A stretch of DNA of 64,000 bases from Octopus bimaculoides (taxonomy: Eukaryota), in NCBI RefSeq assembly GCF_001194135.2, contig NC_068984.1, forward strand, positions 131,523,264 to 131,587,263, written 5' to 3'. Positions 32,387 through 46,303 of the stretch are shown here, piece by piece. The position numbers were made by a program, and so were the translations under genes. The stretch's first letter is position 1, and the number at the start of each line of letters is the position of its first letter. Under the pieces are notes generated by a model. That model was not told the DNA's origin and searched no databases. It saw only the letters and a list, made by a program, of their open reading frames with translations.

Positions 32387-33724
32387 NNNNNNNNNNNNNN
32401 NNNNNNNNNNNNNNNNNNNNNNNNNNNNNNNNNNNNNNNNNNNNNNNNNNNNNNNNNNNNNNNNNNNNNNNNNNNNNNNNNNNNNNNNNNNNNNNNNNNN
32501 NNNNNNNNNNNNNNNNNNNNNNNNNNNNNNNNNNNNNNNNNNNNNNNNNNNNNNNNNNNNNNNNNNNNNNNNNNNNNNNNNNNNNNNNNNNNNNNNNNNN
32601 NNNNNNNNNNNNNNNNNNNNNNNNNNNNNNNNNNNNNNNNNNNNNNNNNNNNNNNNNNNNNNNNNNNNNNNNNNNNNNNNNNNNNNNNNNNNNNNNNNNN
32701 NNNNNNNNNNNNNNNNNNNNNNNNNNNNNNNNNNNNNNNNNNNNNNNNNNNNNNNNNNNNNNNNNNNNNNNNNNNNNNNNNNNNNNNNNNNNNNNNNNNN
32801 NNNNNNNNNNNNNNNNNNNNNNNNNNNNNNNNNNNNNNNNNNNNNNNNNNNNNNNNNNNNNNNNNNNNNNNNNNNNNNNNNNNNNNNNNNNNNNNNNNNN
32901 NNNNNNNNNNNNNNNNNNNNNNNNNNNNNNNNNNNNNNNNNNNNNNNNNNNNNNNNNNNNNNNNNNNNNNNNNNNNNNNNNNNNNNNNNNNNNNNNNNNN
33001 NNNNNNNNNNNNNNNNNNNNNNNNNNNNNNNNNNNNNNNNNNNNNNNNNNNNNNNNNNNNNNNNNNNNNNNNNNNNNNNNNNNNNNNNNNNNNNNNNNNN
33101 NNNNNNNNNNNNNNNNNNNNNNNNNNNNNNNNNNNNNNNNNNNNNNNNNNNNNNNNNNNNNNNNNNNNNNNNNNNNNNNNNNNNNNNNNNNNNNNNNNNN
33201 NNNNNNNNNNNNNNNNNNNNNNNNNNNNNNGTGGTGGTAGTGGTGGTGGTGGTGGTAGTGGTGGTGGTGGTGGTGGTGGTGGTGGTGGTGCACGTTTTGG
33301 TGATTGCGGTATAAATATATAAATGTTGCAGAGATGTAGTTGCAATAATATTGCATGTAGCAATAAGATGTAATAATTAAAAACCAAAATCTTAGGATAT
33401 AGTGGGTAGTATGTATTGTCAAAAGTAAGGCAATAAGGTTCCAAAATAAGGAAGAGTATGTATGTTATACGAGAAACATAAATTGGAATGATATGGGCCA
33501 TTTATCTTTTGTCTTTTACTTCTGGCAATCAATGGGCTGCAGCCATGCATTGCCTTGAAGGAATTTAGTCTAACATATCAATCCCAGTACTTAATTTTCT
33601 AGGTCTGTTACTTACTCAATCAGTCTCTTTTTGCTGAACTGTTAAGTTATGGTGCTGTAAACAAATGAACAGTGGGGTGTTGTTGGGGAGTAACACAGAT
33701 ACAAAGACATAAACATACCATAGA

Positions 33725-34130
33725 TACATCATCATCATCAACATCATCAGCGTTTAACGTCCACTTTCCATGCTGGCATGTGTTGGACGGTTTGACTGAG
33801 GACTGGCGAGCCAGATGGCTGCACCGGACTCCAATCTGATCTGGCAGAGTTTCTACAGCAGGATGCCCTTCCTAACGCCAACCACTCCGAGAGTGTAGTG
33901 GGTGCTTTTACGTGCCACTGGCACAAGGGCCAGTCAGGTAGTACTAGCAACGGCCACGCTCACATGGTGTTTTTTATGTGCCACCTGCATAGGAGCCAGT
34001 CCAACGGTACTCACTCGAATGTTACTTTTCATGTGCCACCGGCACAAGTGCCAGTGAAGTGACACTGGTAACAATCACCTCACTGGCACTTGTGCCGGTG
34101 GCACATGAAAAGCAACATTCGAGTGAATCA
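33725..34130 (-). mobile_element. RTE 3' UTR with (GAT)n tail
   Basis: Reverse complement of the shared 3' UTR, with several gtgcc..ggcac units. Confidence 0.85.
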
Positions 34131-34606
34131 AAAGGATCAAAGGTCCTTTCTGNNNNNNNNNNNNNNNNNNNNNNNNNNNNNNNNNNNNNNNNNNNNNNNN
34201 NNNNNNNNNNNNNNNNNNNNNNNNNNNNNNNNNNNNNNNNNNNNNNNNNNNNNNNNNNNNNNNNNNNNNNNNNNNNNNNNNNNNNNNNNNNNNNNNNNNN
34301 NNNNNNNNNNNNNNNNNNNNNNNNNNNNNNNNNNNNNNNNNNNNNNNNNNNNNNNNNNNNNNNNNNNNNNNNNNNNNNNNNNNNNNNNNNNNNNNNNNNN
34401 NNNNNNNNNNNNNNNNNNNNNNNNNNNNNNNNNNNNNGTTATTGCCAGCTGACTTGACTGGAGAAATGCGAAACGAAGTTTTTTTTTTTACTTAAGAACA
34501 CAATGCGTTACCTGGTCCAGGAACTGAAATTGCAATCTTACAACCACAGGTACAGTACCCTAAACATGAAGCCATGTGCCTCCACACAAGCAAGCACGCA
34601 CACACG

Positions 34607-34659
<53 letters not shown>

Positions 34660-37600
34660 ACACATGTGTATACTATTTCTATCTACCAAATTCAGTCACA
34701 AAGCATTGGTCAGCCCAGGGCTATAGTAGAAGGTGCTGCACAATGAGACTGAACTCAAAGCTACATAGCTGCAAAAAAAGGCCACTTATCCACACAAACA
34801 TGCTGGTACCTGGACATCTGTAATATTTCTGAGGGTATAAAAAAATGCATTAATTATTCACTGTAGAGGGTAGTTATTTCGTGACTAGAAACATGTAATG
34901 TTACTCATATTGTTAACAGTAGTTGATGATAACAGTGTGAATAGGAATGGTGAATTTAGTGGTGTTGGAATGCATAGTTGTCGGTAGTGATAACATAGAT
35001 GATAGCAAGAGGTTTTGAACTTGTGCTAATGCTAATGATGGCAATAATTGTGATAGAGACTAGAAATAGACTGGTGTTTGCTAGTCTCAGAGGAGCCAAA
35101 TTCTTATGACTCAAATGTTACAGTAAGGGTGGGGAATTGAAACAAGTACACTCCTTTATATGAAAACAGTGAAAAAAGGGGGAGAAAATGAGGAAGAAAA
35201 AGGAAAGGATGTTATGATAGGAAAAAGTTAAAAAATGTTTTGTTAGCTCTCCTTCACTTATCCCTAAAATAATTGAGCTTAAATCAGAGAGAGAGAAGGA
35301 GTCATAGAAGAGAGATGAACCAAATTAATGTTAAAGAAGTAAAAAAGTAATAAAAATAAAAATAATAATAATAATAATAAAAAAGAAATTAAAATTATCG
35401 GAAGAGGTATTGAGAAGAAAATCTAAAAATGTGCACGTCTGAAAGTAATTTATTTGTTGCAACGATAAAAGCAAGCCTTTATTTTCACTTAGTTCTTTGA
35501 AATATTATCTCAGGGAATGGTGAAGGAATTCCCCAGCAGTGTTCACAGTACCCTTAAGTTTAACACCTACAACTAAAAATAAATTGTACTTTATAACCCA
35601 GTAGCATCGCCAATATGTTCCTCTGTAGGGTGTCCCAAGAGAAGCAATATGCTACAGTCCTCACAAGCTAAGTATGAAACGAAGATTGTTGATGACCTTG
35701 ACAATTAGATAATTAACTGCATAAGGTTCACATCTCTATTACAGTTTGAATAGTTCATCACTTCATTCAATTGAAGTGAATTAAATTTAATGAAATACGA
35801 AAACCCTTTGATTGTTTTCTTTCTTTCTTTTTTTTTTTTTGTTAATTCTTCATTGAAATATTTTTTGCACCTATTTTATTCTTTATCAGTGTAGGTTGTG
35901 TTTTACTGCAAATATTTACATTTGCATAAATTGTTAGATTGAAGCATTCAGTTATTAGAAAACTTCCCAACCATGTGGTCTTGAGTTCAGTTCCACTGTG
36001 CAACATCTTGGGTGAATGTCTTCTACTAAAGCTACTGGCTGACCAAAGCTTCATGAGCAAATTTGGTAGATGGAAACTATGTGGAAGCCCATTGTATGTG
36101 CATATATATATATATATGAATTACACTGCTTGTATGACAACGACACTCATTTATAACTATTATACCATGTCAAGATAAGGAGACACAAACATACACACAC
36201 TCACAAACACATATATATGACAGGCTTCTTTCAGTTTCCATCTACGAGATCTAATCACAAGACTTTGACTAGCCCAGGGCTATAGTAGAAGACACTTGTC
36301 TGAGGTGGTATGCAGTGGGTCAGAACCCAGAACCATGTGGTTGGGAACCCAGAACCATGTGGTTGGGAAGCAAACTTCTTAACTCATTATGTATATATGA
36401 TAACATTCTTCTCAAACAACCATTTTTGGTTTTCAGTTGCATATGTACCAAGAGAGTACCACCTTGAAGGTTTTTTTTTAGTTGAACAAATTGACCCTGG
36501 TGCTTATTTTTTTATGGCTGATACTTATTCTGTCAGTCTCTTTTACTGAATTGTTATGTTACAGATACGTAAACAAACCAACACCAGTCAAGTGGTGATG
36601 GTGAAAAAACACAGGTACAAAAGCACACACACATACACACACACATGTGAGAAGTTTCTAATAAGTTTTTGCCTATCAAATTCATTCATAAGGTACCAAT
36701 TGGCTCGGGGCTATAGTAGAAGACACCCAAGGCGATGCAGAGCGGGACTGAACCTAAAACCATATGGTTGCTAAGCAAGCTTTTTAACTACATAGCCAAC
36801 AAGGCAGGCAACTAACCTTGATAGTCTTCCTTCCATGACCCTTCAGAGCTAAGCTAACATGATTTATCAATATCAACATGATGACAGTAATAACAATAAT
36901 GCTTTTTTTAATTTATTTTGTTAAGATAGTGTAGAATAACTCATGAGAAATTTAGCTGCAAAATCTAGCAGGTCAGTGGTCATACAGGGGCTACTTTATT
37001 CCTCTAACAATACCTGAAATACCAGATTAGTCCCTGATAAGACATGTTAAATCAAAGTGGCAAATCATACATGATGAAGTCATGCATCAAGTAAACAGAA
37101 ACCACAACTGACAGTTGAAAACAAATAGGGTACAACAGTACATTAGCATAATAAATATACACATACCACTGCCACCCCCGCCAACCATCACATCAGATCA
37201 TGGATCCCTAACTACAATACCTGAATACACTCCTAAACAAGCTCATTGGAAGAAAGTTCAATGCATACAATATATATTAATGTAAAAAACAATACAAATA
37301 AAAATAGCTTCACAACTGATTTGCTTTTACACCCTAAATAACTGTTACCAATATATTTTTTACATACCTCTTTGAGCAACATAGACACAGGTATGGTTGT
37401 GTGGTAAGAAGTTTGCTTCCCAACCATAGGGCTTGGGGTTCAGTCCCACTGCATGGCATCTTCAGCTAGTGTCTTCCACTATAGCCTCAGGGTGACCAAA
37501 GCCTTGTGAGTGGATTTGGTAGACAGAAACTGAAAGAAACCGGTTGTGTGTGTTTAGACAGTCACAGGACTCAAACCCTCTCCTCTTAGATATCGACTGA

Positions 37601-37680
37601 GTACTCCATCAATTCAGCTAAACTGCTATCTGGGAGGTGTGGGTTTGGGTCATTTTGTCTGATGACTTTTTTTCTGTCAT

Positions 37681-38295
37681 GTGTTACATATGAATGAAGA
37701 CAGCTGTGTGAGGAAGTGCCACTCTCTAACTGAAAAAGGAACCTGTGGAAGAGGTAGACCCAGAAAGACATGGGATGAGGTGGTGAAGCATGACCTTTGA
37801 ACATTGGGCCTCACAGGGGCAATGACAGGAGACCGGAACCTTTGGAGATGTGCTATGATCAAGAAGACCTGGCAACTAAAGTAAGATCGCAGCCATGCAT
37901 GTCTGGCCCTGTTAAGAATACCTCTGATGCGCCAGGCAATATGATATGCTTGAGAAGACCTGTTGAGTCAAGTAAAGCCAATATTGAAGCTGTGGTCAGT
38001 TCCCCCACACTGGCTCCCATGCTGGTGGCACATAAAAAGCACCATCTGAACGTGGTCGATGTCAGTAACCCCTGACTGACGCCTGTGCTGTTGGCATGTA
38101 AAAAGCACGATCTGAATGTAAGCAATGCCAGGCCTGCTTGACTGGCTCCTGTGTCGGTGGCACGTAAAAAGCACCCACTACACTCAGGAAGGGCATCCAG
38201 CAGTAGAAACATTGCCAGATCAGATTGGACCCTGGTGAAGCTGCTGGCTCTCCAGACATCAGTCAAACTGTCCAACCCATGCATTAAACGACGAC

Positions 38296-38355
<60 letters not shown>
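37681..38355 (+). mobile_element. RTE-clade LINE 3' end (ORF2 C-terminus, 3' UTR and (GAT)n tail)
   Basis: HMNEDSCVRKCHSLTEKGTCGRGRPRKTWDEVVKHDL*TLGLTGAMTGDRNLWR shows the GRP...W hallmark of RTE ORF2 C-termini. Confidence 0.9.
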
Positions 38356-38657
38356 AAATCCTACCAATAAAATTCTCAATGATTATTTCATTTTGATGTT
38401 CACCTTGTGAACATCAAAGTAAAGAGTTTATTTAAAATTGGACAAAAAGTCATTGGACAAAAAAATCATCAGACAAAAAGACGTCGGACCAAAAGATGCA
38501 GACCAAGTGACATTAGATGAAAAGTTGTATCACGGTAGGTTTGAGTCCCATGGCTGTCTGCTGACAAGTTTTTCTATCATGTAAGAGTAAAACACCCAAT
38601 CTTTGTGCTGTTTTCATGGCTATACTGCATTTGAAATATTACTTTCTTGTCTATATG

Positions 38658-38924
38658 CAGGGGTTGGACAAAATAATGGAAACACCTAGCATCATTGCAT
38701 CATAATTTTAAAATATCTATAAAACCGTCAACAGTTTGTTTGTTTTTATGTTTTTTGATTTATTATTAGTGTTGCTTAATATGTTTTGCTAAAATTGCTG
38801 TTTCTTTTCAGATATCATCAGAAAAAGGTAATTAAAATTCATTAACATGACAGATCTATCAGACTTACAAAGAGGTTAAATTGTTGGTGCTCGTATAGCA
38901 GGCGTTAGCGTAATGAAAACAGCC
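38658..38924 (+). mobile_element. Left end of a Tc1-family transposon with the start of a degraded transposase
   Basis: Starts CAGGGGTTGGACAAAATAATGGAAACACC. The ATG at 38847 gives MTDLSDLQRG*IVGARIAGVSVMKTA, a Tc1 paired-like HTH N-terminus. No right TIR found. Confidence 0.8.
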
Positions 38925-39629
38925 AGGGTTTAGTCAAATGAACTGACCCTGTTCTTACTTTTTTAAATCTGGCAATTATTCCATCAGACTCTTTTCCTGA
39001 ATTGCTAGGTTATGGGGATGTAAACAAAACAACACCGGTTTACATGGGGAGGCAGGGGACAAACACAAACACAAAGACACACACACATGCATGTGTGTGC
39101 ATGTATGCAACAGGCCTCCACTTTGTTTTCATCTATTACATTTACTCTCAAGGCTTTGATTGGCCCAAGGCTATAGTAGAAGACACTTGTCCAAGGTAGT
39201 GTGCCATAGGACTGAACCCAAAACCACATGGTTGCAAAGCAAGCTTCTTAACCTCACGGTCATTCCTATACCTGTATTATAGACTTATACAAAAGACATA
39301 TCCCATAAAACAACAAAAATACAATCCAAATTACACACCAGAAATAACCAGCCATGTAAAAAGCCTGAGACAACTTTAAGCACAATACACCAAAACTACA
39401 CATAAACCAGAATAAAATTCCTTATCAAACAATTAAGGAAATAAAAAAAAAATAAACCATAGAAATACAGGAAGTTGGCAGGCATTTGTATCCAACATAA
39501 ACAACAAAGCAGTAAAATATCATATAGAATAATTAGCAGCATCTCTTATCAGACAATTCTTGTGAATCAGCCATCAAAATGAATGAAGACAGAAGCTCAA
39601 AATGAAGAATATACAACTTCCAGTTAGTC

Positions 39630-39928
39630 CAGTGTTTCCCCAGGCCCCACTATAACTTTCCAGAAAAATGTTTGCCCCACTGGTGGTAGGAAAAAAACTA
39701 ACTTCATTTTTAATATTTTATCACAATTATTGAATACAAAAGAATTTACTGGTAACTTTTTTTATTAAGTTCTGAGTACGTAAAAAATGTACATTATTGA
39801 TTAAGAAAAGAAAAAAAATTTCATTATTCCATGTCCCACTGAAATCAAAAAATAAAAATATTTTGGATCTGTATCCCACCAGTTTTCCCAGCACCCACCA
39901 GTGGGGTGTATGCTCCACATTGGGACTG
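39630..39928. mobile_element. hAT-type MITE
   Basis: Ends cagtgtttcccca and tgggactg; 8-bp TSD AGTTAGTC / AGTTAGAC (7/8). Confidence 0.65.
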
Positions 39929-40199
39929 AGTTAGACTACCATTCTAACCCTTTTCTTATATCAATAATAATATAATCCAACTAATAAGGATCTCACAAAA
40001 GTCAAAAGACTTAAGATCTGACAAAATCACAAACAAGCTTTGCTGTGTGGTTAAGAAATTCACCTCACTTTGCAACTACATGGTTTTGAGTTCAGTCCTG
40101 CTGTGCAGCATCTTGGGCAAGTGTTTTCTTCTATAGCTCTGGGTCAACCAAATGCTTTATGAGTGAAGTGGATAGGCAGAAACTGCATGAAAGCCCACC

Positions 40200-40230
<31 letters not shown>

Positions 40231-40589
40231 TGTATGTATGTATGTATGTATGTGTGTGTGTGTGTGTACATATATATNNNNNNNNNNNNNNNNNNNNNNN
40301 NNNNNNNNNNNNNNNNNNNNNNNNNNNNNNNNNNNNNNNNNNNNNNNNNNNNNNNNNNNNNNNNNNNNNNNNNNNNNNNNNNNNNNNNNNNATGTATATA
40401 TATATATGCATATATATATATGTATATATATATATGCATATATATATATGTATATATATATATATATGCAACATCCCGTACTGTCTAGCCAGGAAAATTT
40501 GTACTATAGTACACAACTTACAAAATTCAATGGATTTCTGCTCAAGCAAAATTATCCTCTTCTACTTATAGAAAATAGCATACAATGAG

Positions 40590-40924
40590 CAAAAGAGATA
40601 CCTATAGAACCCATCAATGGAACACAATACCATTTCTAGTAATGCACAATCCGCATCAACAAAATATTTTAAAAATCATCAAAACAAATTTGCCAATTTT
40701 TGCTTGATATATATGTATTGGTAGGTCTTGCATGAAATACCTAGGTTTCTTTCTTTAACATTTCACATTGTTCAACTTGCATAAGTGAATGTGTGAAAAA
40801 CAAAATAGGAATTTCGAAAGTTTGTATAAAACAAGTTTTTAAGCATCAGATGACTATTGGGGTCCACCAGAATAAAATAGTAATCAAAAGGGTTCATAGG
40901 AAAAAACATGATTGAGAAACCCTG
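40590..40924 (-). mobile_element. hAT (Charlie-like) MITE, same family as 46304
   Basis: The reverse complement starts cagggtttctcaatcatg...gattactattttattctggtg. The other end is uncertain. Confidence 0.6.
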
Positions 40925-40925
40925 G

Positions 40926-41326
40926 ACTCTTTTATTTGTTTCAGTCATTTGACTGTGGCCATGCTGGAGCACTGCCTTTAGTCGAGCAAATCGACCCCAG
41001 GACTTATTCTTTGTAAGCCTAGTACTTATTCTATTGGTCTCTTTTTGCCGAACTGCTAAGTTACGGGGACGTAAACATACCAGCATCGGTTGTCAAGCAA
41101 TGCTAGGGGGACAGACACAGACACACAAACACACCTACATATATATATATATACATATATACGACGGGCTTCTTTCAGTTTCCGTCTACCAAATCCACTC
41201 ACAAGGCTTTGGTTGGCCCCGAGGCTATAGTAGAAGACACTTGCCCAAGGTGCCACACAGTGGAACTGAACCCAGAACCATGTGGTTGGTAAGCAAGCTA
41301 CTTACCACACAGCCACTCCTGCGCCT
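40926..41326 (-). mobile_element. Full-length SINE family A
   Basis: tRNA-like head aggcgcaggagtggctgtgtggtaagtagcttgcttaccaaccacatggttctgggttcagttcc, core, internal (AT/GT) tract and tail. Confidence 0.9.
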
Positions 41327-43006
41327 GCATGGTATCCTGGACTAAACAACTTCAAGGTGATGCTCCAGCATGGCTGCAATCCAATGACTGAAGCAAACAA
41401 AAGATATAAAGAATGTAAATGCAGAAAGCATTGCAATTAAGGATTAAGTAAATTAAGAGAAGCCTAAACTGAAATTACAATAAACGGATCCCTTTTATTC
41501 TTGAACAATGTTCTTGCTGTCAACTCATATATTTGCAAACCAATAATGTTGTCAAATTATTTGCACTGAAAGATTTATATACTTTAATTAAATCCTCAGT
41601 AATATTACTAATATCTGGAATTAGTAGAAAGAAAACATTCGACTACTTATCATAAAATACATGGAGATAATCTGGAGAGAAACACTTTTAGATCACTAGT
41701 CTATTGTGTTAATGCTTCAACGTACGCACATGTCTGTCATGTCATTGCTGTCTGTGGCTTTTAATTAAATTTCTGTCCATTATGTTGGTTTTTTGTTACA
41801 TATTCAGAGTGAAACTCGCACTGTATCTATCCTGATGTATTCATTACTTTAATACACTTTCAGATTAAATACTGTGAAACTGTTTAATGAAAATGTATCA
41901 CACACACACACACACACACACATACTAATGGCAATTCAGGAGAAACAGTGTTTGTTGGTGGGTGTCAAAGAGGGTCAGGCAAAGATAGATGTATTGTGAC
42001 AGAAGTATACGGATGGAAAGGTGTAACTGAACAGTGTTGCCAGGGAAGTGGTGCAGCAGATGTTAGGTAATAAAGTTGGTGTGGCAGGGGCAGTGAGCAG
42101 AGGTAAAGAGGAGGTTATGATATGAGAAATAAATAGGTGCAAGCATGGCTGTATGGTTAACAAGCCCACTTTGCAATCACATGGTTTTAGGTTCAGTCCT
42201 ACTGCATGGCACCTTGGGCCGGTGTTTTCTACTATAGCATTGGGCTGATCAATGCCTTGTGAGTTAATTAGGTCAGGCAGAAACTGCATGGAAGCTTGTC
42301 ACACATACACACACACATATAGACTTAGGAGAGAGAGGGAAGTCACTGAAAAGGTCATGAACAGTGATAAAAAGAATTTTGGCTCGCAAACAACTATTTG
42401 ATTGCCTAACCAGCACATTAAATCAATGATCAATATAGACCAAGAGAGTGTTTCATTATTATTGATGTAATGACCCTCCCAAAACACAATATATATATAN
42501 NNNNNNNNNNNNNNNNNNNNNNNNNNNNNNNNNNNNNNNNNNNNNNNNNNNNNNNNNNNNNNNNNNNNNNNNNNNNNNNNNNNNNNNNNNNNNNNNNNNN
42601 NNNNNNNNNNNNNNNNNNNNNNNNNNNNNNNNNNNNNNNNNNNNNNNNNNNNNNNNNNNNNNNNNNNNNNNNNNNNNNNNNNNNNNNNNNNNNNNNNNNN
42701 NNNNNNNNNNNNNNNNNNNNNNNNNNNNNNNNNNNNNNNNNNNNNNNNNNNNNNNNNNNNNNNNNNNNNNNNNNNNNNNNNNNNNNNNNNNNNNNNNNNN
42801 NNNNNNNNNNNNNNNNNNNNNNNNNNNNNNNNNNNNNNNNNNNNNNNNNNNNNNNNNNNNNNNNNNNNNNNNNNNNNNNNNNNNNNNNNNNNNNNNNNNN
42901 NNNNNNNNNNNNNNNNNNNNNNNNNNNNNNNNNNNNNNNNNNNNNNNNNNNNNNNATATATATATATTGTGTTTTGACAGATAGATAGATAGATAGATAG
43001 ATAGAC

Positions 43007-43059
<53 letters not shown>

Positions 43060-43529
43060 TACATATATATGTCTATGTGTATGCAAGTGTGTGTAGTGTC
43101 TGTGTTTGTCCCTGCCTCCACCACTTGACCACTAACACTGGTCTGTTACTGTCCCCATTACCAGTTTGGCAAAAAGAGATCAACAGAATAAATAGCTAAC
43201 CTTAAAAATAAAAGTATCAGGATTGATTTGTTTGACTAAAATGTCTGCCCTTCAAGGTGGTGCTCCAGCACAGCTGTAGTCCAATGACTGAAACTGGTGA
43301 GAGATAAAAGATAAGATAGGCAATGTAGTAAAGGTGGTGGTGGTAGGGGTAGGTAAAATAGGGAATAGTGTGGTAGCAAGGGTTAAAGCAGAGCTAGAGG
43401 ATAGTGAAGAAGGAATGTATGAGGTGACAGATTTAGAGTAACAAATGTTGTATGGTGAGAATGGTGAATTTAGAATGAGGTAGCAGGGATGTAGTGGTAA
43501 GTTGATGGAGGAGGTACATCATCATTGAC

Positions 43530-44051
43530 TTAATGTCCCCTTTACCATACTTCCATGGCATGGAAAAGATTTTCTATAGCCAGATTCCTTTGCTGTCACC
43601 AACCCTCACTAGCTTCCATCAGGTCGTCTGGTTCCTCCGGTCTCATAGAAACAGGTTACTAGGCTCTTCCATCTTTTTTTCTGTCTTTGACAAGGTTTGG
43701 AGTTTGAAACTAGTTTGTACCACAGCTGTGCAGGTCATCTTTTAATGTGGTTCTCCAGGTTTTCTTTGGTTTGTCCTTTGGTCTCCTCCTGCCAGCTTGT
43801 AATCATGCCATTGCAGTTCTTGCTGGGATATTGTTCCCCATTTGTAGTGCATGCCCTGCCAGCTGCATTCTTCTGCTCTTGATGACAAAAAAAAAGGGTT
43901 TATGGTACTGGCTCTTCAAAACCCCTCCTCATTTCGGATCTTGTCTGGCTCTCTAATGCCTAAGATTTTTCACTGGCATCTTTGTTGGAAAGTATCAATC
44001 TGTTTCTTTCAATCTTCCATTGTGAGCAGCAGAAGTACTAGGAAATGTATA
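43530..44051 (-). pseudogene. Degenerate RTE-type ORF2 C-terminal relic (a family distinct from the dominant RTE)
   Basis: Minus-strand IKSRRMQLAGHALQMGNNIPARTAM (IK.RR...AGH..RM motif), upstream of a degraded GRP region. Confidence 0.6.
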
Positions 44052-45554
44052 NNNNNNNNNNNNNNNNNNNNNNNNNNNNNNNNNNNNNNNNNNNNNNNNN
44101 NNNNNNNNNNNNNNNNNNNNNNNNNNNNNNNNNNNNNNNNNNNNNNNNNNNNNNNNNNNNNNNNNNNNNNNNNNNNNNNNNNNNNNNNNNNNNNNNNNNN
44201 NNNNNNNNNNNNNNNNNNNNNNNNNNNNNNNNNNNNNNNNNNNNNNNNNNNNNNNNNNNNNNNNNNNNNNNNNNNNNNNNNNNNNNNNNNNNNNNNNNNN
44301 NNNNNNNNNNNNNNNNNNNNNNNNNNNNNNNNNNNNNNNNNNNNNNNNNNNNNNNNNNNNNNNNNNNNNNNNNNNNNNNNNNNNNNNNNNNNNNNNNNNN
44401 NNNNNNNNNNNNNNNNNNNNNNNNNNNNNNNNNNNNNNNNNNNNNNNNNNNNNNNNNNNNNNNNNNNNNNNNNNNNNNNNNNNNNNNNNNNNNNNNNNNN
44501 NNNNNNNNNNNNNNNNNNNNNNNNNNNNNNNNNNNNNNNNNNNNNNNNNNNNNNNNNNNNNNNNNNNNNNNNNNNNNNNNNNNNNNNNNNNNNNNNNNNN
44601 NNNNNNNNNNNNNNNNNNNNNNNNNNNNNNNNNNNNNNNNNNNNNNNNNNNNNNNNNNNNNNNNNNNNNNNNNNNNNNNNNNNNNNNNNNNNNNNNNNNN
44701 NNNNNNNNNNNNNNNNNNNNNNNNNNNNNNNNNNNNNNNNNNNNNNNNNNNNNNNNNNNNNNNNNNNNNNNNNNNNNNNNNNNNNNNNNNNNNNNNNNNN
44801 NNNNNNNNNNNNNNNNNNNNNNNNNNNNNNNNNNNNNNNNNNNNNNNNNNNNNNNNNNNNNNNNNNNNNNNNNNNNNNNNNNNNNNNNNNNNNNNNNNNN
44901 NNNNNNNNNNNNNNNNNNNNNNNNNNNNNNNNNNNNNNNNNNNNNNNNNNNNNNNNNNNNNNNNNGGAGGAGGAGGAGGAGGAGGAGTGAGTGTTTCTAT
45001 GAGACAACCTGTTGCAAGCCACAGACCATGGATCAACATCCTAACTAGATGGAAGATAACATAGTAATGGAATAGTATAACTGATAGAACTATAAAAGCA
45101 AAAAAGAGAACGAAAGAAAATTGGGAACAAGGAACAATATCAATTAGCATGAATAGAAGCTCAACATCATTAGATAAACTTGACCGGGATATTTGTTTCT
45201 CTGTTTCTTTTCTTGCTAAGTATTTCTAATCCTCTTACTGCCTGTTACCTCATAGAAATACCCAGCTTTCTTCCATGTTAGAGATCTGTATCTCTTCTTG
45301 TTCAACATGTACATTGCCTAAGACTTATTTGAACCTACATATAACTGAAGGACCTTCCAGCTTTGATACCTTTCTTCGGAAGTTCCTTGTCTTGTGTCTC
45401 TGAATCTGTCCAGCTTCTACTCTGATGTCACTAATCATTAATCTATACTGAGTTGTAAATTTTTTCACTAATTACTCACAACCATTTATCTATCCTGTAA
45501 CAAAGGCTGCCAATAGAAGCATTCTATCCTAGCTTCTAAAGATGTCTTGATAAG

Positions 45555-45900
45555 CAGTAGAGAGAAGGGTGTTTCAAAAGCATAGTAGCTAGAGTAAGCA
45601 CAGAGTAAAAACAAACCAGGTTCAAGGAGGTATTACCTCAGCTGGCAACATATGGATTAGTCCTCTAAGAAAGGGCAGATTGTATGATGCTTGTGTATGA
45701 GGTGCAATGCTACATGGTAGCAAAATATGGGTATAGAATGTGCAAGATATCTAAGGCTGGAAACAAATGAGGAAAGAATGCTCCACTGCATGTGAAATAT
45801 TAGGGCCACGTGAATTATGGAACACAAGTGAGATAAAAAAATAGAATTAGATGTAGTGCACAACAGGGAAGATTGCAATGACACAGACATGTACTGAGGA
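45555..45900 (+). pseudogene. Degenerate RTE RT-domain fragment
   Basis: RFKEVLPQLATYGL..KGRLYDACV*GAMLHGSKIW...RLETNEERML, homologous to the segment at 62236-62985. Confidence 0.7.
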
Positions 45901-46303
45901 CTGGATTAGGACCCATAGCGACCCTAAGTAATTAAAAGATTTTGGTGCTCCAATACATATGTAATTAAAAATATAAACAATAATAAACCATAAAATAAAT
46001 TTTATTTTTTAAAATGAAACAAAGCAAACTGTAAGATGAAAAATAATGTTTATTTTAGAGTTTATTGTTGTCTATATTTGAAAAGTTTTCTCTTTTTTAA
46101 TTGCAAATCTTTGATCAGATCCTCAAAATTAATCTTACATAACACATCTGCTTCTTTACTTAGTAAAGATAAGGCACCCCAAATATTAAATTTAACCAGT
46201 TTAAAGTGATTTCTGTTGTGCCACAAACCATTTACCATTTCTGTGGTGCCCCACTTTCCTTGATGCGCTAAACACATGCTTATTTTGCTTAATGTGTCTA
46301 GAC

